The translations under genes were made by a program, and so were the position numbers. Positions 58,868-64,000 of a DNA stretch of 64,000 bases are shown piece after piece. Position 1 is the first letter of the stretch. Every line of letters starts with the position of its first letter. The notes under the pieces were generated by a model. That model was not told where the DNA came from, did not search any database, and saw nothing but the letters and a program-made list of their open reading frames with translations. Origin of the DNA: an uncultured virus (IMG/VR IMGVR_UViG_3300042318_000627) (lineage: Duplodnaviria; Heunggongvirae; Uroviricota; Caudoviricetes); the IMG/VR virus record IMGVR_UViG_3300042318_000627, positions 1-64,000 of that record. One strand, given 5' to 3'.

Positions 58868-60607
58868 TTATATATCTCCTTCATTCACATTCATTATGTT
58901 ATTAAACTCTGCCACAGTTATGCCAAGTGCATCTGCGATTTCAATTGCTTTTATATTTTTGTATCCCATTGCCAACAATGCTTCACGCTTTTTTGCTGGT
59001 GGCAACAAATGAATCTTTTTATTCAATTTTTCAATTTCTTCTGGTGGCAATGATTTGATTTTTTTCACATCACCAAACAGTGTAGAAATAAAATCTTTTT
59101 GATTTGCATCTGGCTTGCCGGTGTTGGCATCAACATTACTTGCTTTGGTGAGTGGAGTTGTTGATCCATTGCCGTAACTTCTTTCCAACCAATCAACTTC
59201 ATAATCATTCAAGTCGCCAGTTTCTTTATGCATGTTTTTGAAAAAGTTTTTTACCCAATTCCAATTTTTCACAACTTTTTGTGTATTATTCCAAAAACTC
59301 ATCAGTTTCTTTCTATACCACAAACGACCAAAAATTGTTCCTTGTATGTTTCTGAAATTAATACCTTGGTTTCCGGTTCTGCCGCCGTTTTTTAAATATT
59401 CATGAAATGCACTTGGTTGCGTCAACAGTTCTCTTAACGCAACTATATTGTCGGTATTTATGCCATTCTTTTCAAGTCTTCTTTGCAAACTTGCGTCGTT
59501 GGCATCTGGGCGGTCCAGTAAATATATATACAAAGTTTCCATTGTATCCATGATGTCAGCGTGTATTCCACCCACATTGACTATGCTGCATTTTTGTGTG
59601 ATAATAAAAGCAACAGCATCTGCATCTGTCCATTCAGAAATTTCTTTTCCCGACAAACCAACCACAGCGTCAGGATCTTCATTTATCAAATCTTTTAGTT
59701 TGATATGACCTTCCAGTGCTGGTACAGCAGCATCTGCTCTAGCAGCATAATCAAACCCTTTGGCAGCTTTTTTCAAGTGATCTGCTTTATATGTTGATCC
59801 AGCTAATTTTTTCTTTGCTTTTGAATCCAGATGTTGAACCGCCAATAGTTTTTTTATTTCTTCTGGACTCAATTTTTCTTTGTTTGAATTGCCCACAAGT
59901 TCTGAATATGCAAACAAACCTCGCGTGTCCACAAATTCATAAGCAAACTTTGTTTTATCAAGTTTCATTGCACTCATCAACTTTTCAACAAGTTGGAAAT
60001 TTTCATTTACAATTTCATCCTTGCTGTTCCAAAAACTGATTGCATTTTTCTTGATCCAAATTCTACCAGCCGGAACAGTGGCTGAATCGTCCGCGTTTCC
60101 TCGAATATTCAATTGACGAAAACGCAGTCTATTGTTGTGTAAATAATTTCTGATTGTTTCAACATCATCACCTTGTTGCTGCAAACCAACAAAACCCACA
60201 GTTGCTGCATCATCACCATCATCTTCTTTTTCTGCGTATGAATATGCAGATATATTACCAAACACATCACGCTTGATTTTATACATGTTTTTGAACGTGG
60301 CGGCATATAAGGTGGCTTTATGTGAAGCTGTTTGCAACATTTCTTCCATGCTGCCATGGGTGTTTTTTTCAGAATACATTATTACACCAGTTTCAACATC
60401 AAAGAAAAAAGCATAAGCATCATTAGATAAATATTTGAATGTTGCACCAGTTTTTGGCACAGCTGCACCAAGACTGTTTAGTCTTTCTGCATCAGATTTT
60501 TTTGTTTTATCATTTGAATTTCCCGACAAATCAATTCTGTCAGGAGATTCATCCAATATACTTTCCAACAAAAATTCTATATCAAATGGCAATCTGGGCT
60601 TGTTCAT
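58868..60607 (-). CDS. Hypothetical protein with two tandem homologous domains (possible head-internal protein)
   Basis: GRIWIKKNAISFWN / GRLWYRKKLMSFWN and LSPEEIKKL..HL / LPPEEIEKL..HL; double TATTTATA at 60614-60627. Confidence 0.7.
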   Translation of the reverse strand: MNKPRLPFDIEFLLESILDESPDRIDLSGNSNDKTKKSDAERLNSLGAAVPKTGATFKYLSNDAYAFFFDVETGVIMYSEKNTHGSMEEMLQTASHKATLYAATFKNMYKIKRDVFGNISAYSYAEKEDDGDDAATVGFVGLQQQGDDVETIRNYLHNNRLRFRQLNIRGNADDSATVPAGRIWIKKNAISFWNSKDEIVNENFQLVEKLMSAMKLDKTKFAYEFVDTRGLFAYSELVGNSNKEKLSPEEIKKLLAVQHLDSKAKKKLAGSTYKADHLKKAAKGFDYAARADAAVPALEGHIKLKDLINEDPDAVVGLSGKEISEWTDADAVAFIITQKCSIVNVGGIHADIMDTMETLYIYLLDRPDANDASLQRRLEKNGINTDNIVALRELLTQPSAFHEYLKNGGRTGNQGINFRNIQGTIFGRLWYRKKLMSFWNNTQKVVKNWNWVKNFFKNMHKETGDLNDYEVDWLERSYGNGSTTPLTKASNVDANTGKPDANQKDFISTLFGDVKKIKSLPPEEIEKLNKKIHLLPPAKKREALLAMGYKNIKAIEIADALGITVAEFNNIMNVNEGDI

Positions 60608-60643
60608 ATATTTTATAAATATAAATATACGAAACTACTGACA

Positions 60644-60838
60644 TTATAGCGGTTTTGGTGGTGTTACTCTACCCAGTGGCTTGGTCAAAACTGTTTCATA
60701 ACCCATACGAGCATTGGTCTTGTCAACAATACCCTGTTTCACAATCTCAGCAGCAGCTGCATTATAGTTTGGTGCAGAAGTGACATCTTTGGTCATGTCT
60801 TTTACAATTTTTCCAATTTCGGAGATATTTGGTTTCAT
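60644..60838 (-). CDS. Small hypothetical protein (64 aa)
   Basis: Start reassigned to MKPNISEIGK (60838), with ATACTTAT motif at 60847-60854. Confidence 0.6.
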   Translation of the reverse strand: MKPNISEIGKIVKDMTKDVTSAPNYNAAAAEIVKQGIVDKTNARMGYETVLTKPLGRVTPPKPL

Positions 60839-60959
60839 ATATATCAATAAGTATATGCTCAAGACATTTATGTTGATATATACAAAAACTATATAACAAA
60901 AAATCAATCTTGACTTATTATGAAACATGTTCATGATATATGCCACAACTAAAAAAGAT

Positions 60960-61301
60960 ATGCTATTTAATTTAGAAACAATCAAACGTAGACTTGATAT
61001 GCTAAAATTGCCGCCAACGACAGGGCAAATTATATTAAACAAGTGGCATGCTAGAAAATTTAAAAAGAAATTCAAAATTTCATATCAAGCGTGGATAAAT
61101 GATGACGCAAGTATTATATCCGAGGATGAAGTAGTCGAATGGGAAGCATCCTTTGGATGGAACGATGAATGTTTCGAAGAACTATTTTGTCATATAAAAT
61201 ATGCTAAATGGCGGGGAAATAGATGGAAATTTACATATAGACCAGAAACCAAAGAATTTCGAAAAGAAATGTTCCAGCGTTGGAGAAATGCCACATATTA
61301 A
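60960..61301 (+). CDS. Hypothetical protein (Trp-rich)
   Basis: Start likely ATG 60960, downstream of TTGACT-N16-CATGAT (60910-60937). Confidence 0.6.
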   Translation: MLFNLETIKRRLDMLKLPPTTGQIILNKWHARKFKKKFKISYQAWINDDASIISEDEVVEWEASFGWNDECFEELFCHIKYAKWRGNRWKFTYRPETKEFRKEMFQRWRNATY

Positions 61302-61316
61302 AATACACAATATATT

Positions 61317-61613
61317 ATGCCAATAAACATGGATATAATCGAAAATAGGCTATATCAGCTTAGATATGAAGAGTATATGTCAAAGCCTAAAAAGAAAACC
61401 AAACCTGAAGTATATACTCAATCTCGGATACAAGAAGAAATATTCTTTAATGACGCATTGTATTTTGATATACACAGAGAACACTCACACGAGTTTTCTG
61501 ATCTTATGAGAAATGGTTGGCCAGAAAATCTGTCAAAGGAAAATTTAAAATTACAAAAAATCTATATAAGAAGAAGAGTATATGATATGGGTAGATATGT
61601 TATCAAGAACTAA
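61317..61613 (+). CDS. Hypothetical protein
   Basis: 98-aa ORF following the previous one. Confidence 0.6.
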   Translation: MPINMDIIENRLYQLRYEEYMSKPKKKTKPEVYTQSRIQEEIFFNDALYFDIHREHSHEFSDLMRNGWPENLSKENLKLQKIYIRRRVYDMGRYVIKN

Positions 61614-61813
61614 CATATAGAATATCATATATACAAAAATCCTATAAACAAAAATTAGAAAAATTCTAAATTCAAAAAATAGGGTATAATATCATAAAAG
61701 TGTGTATAGGATATATGAAATTTTAACTATATGAAAAATACATGCACAACATATGCTTTTCGTATATACGAAAAGTGTATAAGAAAAATTGACCTCGAAT
61801 AGAGAATGAATAT

Positions 61814-61947
61814 GGACCCCCGTGGGGGGTGGGGGTTTACCCCACCTAGAAGGCACCAAACACCCCACCTAGAGGGGGGAGGGGTGGGGGGTTAAAGCCA
61901 CCGTCCCCCCATCCCCCCGTGCGGGGGTGGCGTGATCCACGCCACCC
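61814..61947. repeat. G/C-tract element with direct and inverted repeats
   Basis: CCCCACCTAGA twice (61840-61850, 61863-61873); many G4-6/C4-6 runs; perfect hairpin GGGTGGCGTG-ATC-CACGCCACCC (61925-61947). Confidence 0.8.
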
Positions 61948-61952
61948 TCTCG

Positions 61953-62225
61953 TCAGACCGTCGGCTCTTGCCAGTAAACCTTGCTGAAGGTCGTGCCCCA
62001 AGTGTCGGGACGAACGGCGATGGCCTTGAAGACCAAGGAGTTGTCGTGGCTCGGGTCAAAGACCTGATAGCCATATACCGGCCCCTTGTTCATGTCGCTG
62101 TCGCGCAGTATGTTGACGGCATAGCCCACCCGCTTGGCCTCCTTGACCAGATTCTTGATGAAGCTGGTGGAGCAGACGCGGGTGAAGGTTGACCGAACAG
62201 GAGCAGTGTTGATGGTGGAGTTCAT
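61953..62225 (-). CDS. Hypothetical early-type protein
   Basis: 90 aa, visibly higher GC; preceded by a promoter cassette. Confidence 0.75.
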   Translation of the reverse strand: MNSTINTAPVRSTFTRVCSTSFIKNLVKEAKRVGYAVNILRDSDMNKGPVYGYQVFDPSHDNSLVFKAIAVRPDTWGTTFSKVYWQEPTV

Positions 62226-62272
62226 GTTCTAAACAATGACGATTATTTATAAAAAGTAAAGCACAAAGCACA

Positions 62273-62296
62273 AAAAAGGGGCTTTTTATTGCCCCC
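62273..62296 (-). terminator. Rho-independent terminator
   Basis: GGGGC-AATAAAAA-GCCCC-TTTTTT after 62305..62628. Confidence 0.6.
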
Positions 62297-62304
62297 TGTT
62301 TTAT

Positions 62305-62628
62305 TTAAATGATGCCCGCAACAAGCATCCAACTTGGACTACCTTCGCTGTCATAGCCGTCTGGCTCAACTACCTGACCAAGCATTGACTTGGCAACACC
62401 ATCGTCGCTCCACTTTTCCATGGTCTTGAGCGAAGGAGCCTTGAACTTAGTGAAGTAGCGTGGCAGACTAGAGCAACGCAGCTTCACTGTCACAGGAACG
62501 CCGCCAGCACTGCCACCAGCCAGTGCGCAAACAGTGCCACCATCCTTGAAGATTACATTTAATTTTGTGCCAACAGGAATAACCAGACCGTTCTTGAACT
62601 TGATTTCTTTGTTATTAACGAGGTTCAT
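62305..62628 (-). CDS. Hypothetical early-type protein
   Basis: 107 aa, C-terminal VEPDG...PSW; preceded by a promoter cassette. Confidence 0.75.
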   Translation of the reverse strand: MNLVNNKEIKFKNGLVIPVGTKLNVIFKDGGTVCALAGGSAGGVPVTVKLRCSSLPRYFTKFKAPSLKTMEKWSDDGVAKSMLGQVVEPDGYDSEGSPSWMLVAGII

Positions 62629-62659
62629 GTTATAGATAGTGTCTTACTTTTTATAAATG

Positions 62660-62926
62660 TCAACCAATTATTTTATCCAACGCGCTGATTGCAAGCAAAT
62701 GACTTTCTTTACATTGCTTTGCACGCAGTTGCAAGTGCTCAACACTAACATTCTTATAAAAATTATCTATAATATATTTGTTTTTGTCGCTCACATCTCC
62801 GTTGCTAATGTCATGAATGCATTCAGCACGACTATATTCATAACTGTCATAATCCAAAGTGTCCATTTCCGAAAGTAAAATGTCTTGCAAAGCCCAAGGC
62901 AAATCAAAGAATGATGTTGGTTTCAT
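62660..62926 (-). CDS. Hypothetical early-type protein
   Basis: 88 aa; start and stop both lie inside promoter cassettes. Confidence 0.7.
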   Translation of the reverse strand: MKPTSFFDLPWALQDILLSEMDTLDYDSYEYSRAECIHDISNGDVSDKNKYIIDNFYKNVSVEHLQLRAKQCKESHLLAISALDKIIG

Positions 62927-62958
62927 GTTCTAAACTATGAGTTAGATTTTATAAAATG

Positions 62959-63165
62959 TCAAGGATTTTTATGGTCGCCAACCCAGATTCCAATGGGCGA
63001 CTTGGAACGATCATATGCGCCATTCGCGCCGATAGGATAAATAAGATCAAGCGCATTTATGCCAGAAAATCGACCAGTTACACCGTTCATAACATCACAG
63101 CTAATGTCTCCACCGTGAACTTTCTTGATGTCGTTGAGTTGCTTGATAAGGTCTTTAAGTTTCAT
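62959..63165 (-). CDS. Hypothetical early-type protein (68 aa)
   Basis: Start reassigned to MKLKDLIKQL at the cassette ATG. Confidence 0.7.
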   Translation of the reverse strand: MKLKDLIKQLNDIKKVHGGDISCDVMNGVTGRFSGINALDLIYPIGANGAYDRSKSPIGIWVGDHKNP

Positions 63166-63212
63166 GTTATAAATACTGACAGAGTTTTTATAAATGTCAA
63201 ACCAAATTTCAA

Positions 63213-63419
63213 TCAATCCATACGCTTAACAATTACTTTAGTTTGTTTCATTATGGATGAAAAAACGACCTGACTCAGTCTTTCGTTCCTCTGAATTTCG
63301 CCCAGTGTATTTGGGTTAACAACTCGTTGTGCTCCCTCTTGGCTAATACCATAACCGTTTGCGGCATAAAATGAACCAAGCAAAATATAGTTTAGAGAAT
63401 AGACGTAAATTAAGTTCAT
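63213..63419 (-). CDS. Hypothetical early-type protein (68 aa)
   Basis: Start reassigned to MNLIYVYS, after the partial cassette AGTATTTATAAC-ATG. Confidence 0.6.
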   Translation of the reverse strand: MNLIYVYSLNYILLGSFYAANGYGISQEGAQRVVNPNTLGEIQRNERLSQVVFSSIMKQTKVIVKRMD

Positions 63420-63429
63420 GTTATAAATA

Positions 63430-63585
63430 CTAAAATAGGGTGCTGCCAATGTATGAGAGAATCAATCCAATAGAGCACAACAGTAATGCCAATTTACGGT
63501 ATTTACCTTGCCCAATAGAATGGTTGTAAATAAAAAAGCCAGCGATAGAGAGCAAGCAGCCGAATAAGAGCAGGAATGATTTCAT
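63430..63585 (-). CDS. Small two-TM membrane protein (51 aa)
   Basis: Start reassigned to MKSFLLLFG at the cassette ATG; two hydrophobic helices. Confidence 0.65.
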   Translation of the reverse strand: MKSFLLLFGCLLSIAGFFIYNHSIGQGKYRKLALLLCSIGLILSYIGSTLF

Positions 63586-63616
63586 GTTATAAATACTGAC
63601 AGAGTTTTTATAAAAG

Positions 63617-63820
63617 TCAAGCCTTTGGAACAAGCACACCTTCTTTATTTCGTGAACGCTTTAAAGCATACCACGTCCAAGCGAATGGAAGAGCGAACGA
63701 AAGTAGAATTACAATTAACTTAAGAGTGATGGTTTCTTTCTTGAACGCTCTGATTGAGTAGTTTACATTCGATTTAAAATGCGCTTTGAAAGAGGTGTCT
63801 GTGGTTCGCGTGTAAATCAT
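63617..63820 (-). CDS. Small membrane protein
   Basis: 67 aa with one TM; start and stop lie in cassettes. Confidence 0.65.
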   Translation of the reverse strand: MIYTRTTDTSFKAHFKSNVNYSIRAFKKETITLKLIVILLSFALPFAWTWYALKRSRNKEGVLVPKA

Positions 63821-63851
63821 AAGAGAGATAATGACTTACTTTTTATAAATG

Positions 63852-63998
63852 TCAAGCAGCCTTTTCACCTTTGATAAACAGCAATTCTTTGACCTGCTTG
63901 ATCTTGACAGTTTGACCCTCCTCGGCCAGAATTTTTGCTTCTTTCATAGCAGATTTGAGTGTTTTGAGTGTGGTGTCCAAGGTTTCATCGTCATATTC
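63852..63998 (-). CDS. Partial hypothetical protein (5' end outside window)
   Basis: ...EYDDETLDTTLKTLKSAMKEAKILAEEGQTVKIKQVKELLFIKGEKAA*, stop TGA at 63852-63854. Confidence 0.6.
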   Translation of the reverse strand, partial: EYDDETLDTTLKTLKSAMKEAKILAEEGQTVKIKQVKELLFIKGEKAA

Positions 63999-64000
63999 TC

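Larger units (their letters stand above)
1754..60854 (-). promoter_or_regulatory. Dispersed late-type upstream motif ATA[T/C]TTAT(A) on the sense strand
   Basis: On + it reads (T)ATAA[A/G]TA(T) at 1754, 8399, 18233, 22399, 23773, 24666, 28066, 29919, 36200, 39062, 41798, 45446, 50822, 53516, 55101, 60614 and 60847, each within about 40 nt upstream of a minus-strand start. Confidence 0.75.
62223..63855 (-). promoter_or_regulatory. Array of repeated ~38-nt leaderless promoter cassettes
   Basis: TTGAC[A/T]-TTT(T)ATAAA..N16-17-CAnnnT-N7-ATG upstream of starts 62628, 62926, 63165, 63585 and 63820; a TTTACT variant at 62225; partial copy at 63419. Confidence 0.85.

Noticed and set aside
60839..61075. 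Hydrophobic N-terminal extension of ORF 60644..61075
   Set aside because: Runs through a divergent promoter region and the opposite-strand gene; the motif supports the start at 60838.
62223..63855. Regularly spaced ~38-nt repeats considered as a CRISPR array
   Set aside because: The intervals are 150-400 nt complete ORFs, and the repeats are degenerate promoters.
1..64000. Alternative genetic code (stop-codon reassignment) as in some large phages
   Set aside because: Conserved genes are full length and tightly packed under the standard code, and TAA, TGA and TAG all end genes.

Overview
This is a 64 kb AT-rich, gene-dense segment of a large, distantly T4-like myovirus (jumbo-phage type). 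It uses the standard genetic code and is almost entirely coded on the minus strand. From left to right it contains: a portal gene (3' end outside the window) interrupted by a Pro-initiated, class-3-like HNH intein; the terminase large subunit; a 1306-aa protein joining four nucleotidyl-transfer domains; glycosylation cluster 1 (GT4 fused to an Aah/TibC-like heptosyltransferase, GT-A enzymes, FkbM and other methyltransferases); an Mre11-Rad50 fusion, NUMOD3 endonuclease, primase and RuvC-like resolvase; a baseplate/tail module; a gp55-like sigma factor, peptide deformylase, a candidate ~100-nt sRNA and Hsp20; glycosylation cluster 2 (GT60/Gnt1-like polypeptide GlcNAc-transferase, DUF3431, HtrL-like) next to a Pro-Thr mucin-like fibre gene, with two more PT-rich fibre genes nearby; PhoH; and, past a G/C-tract element, an array of small genes separated by a repeated leaderless-promoter cassette. 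The strongest candidate for a new system is phage-encoded virion protein O-glycosylation. The phage carries two kinds of protein-priming glycosyltransferase plus extension and methylation enzymes, and has matching candidate substrates: PT stalks and a strongly enriched [S/T]-[G/A/S]-S tripeptide in structural proteins. All family assignments come from motif recognition by eye, not database searches.
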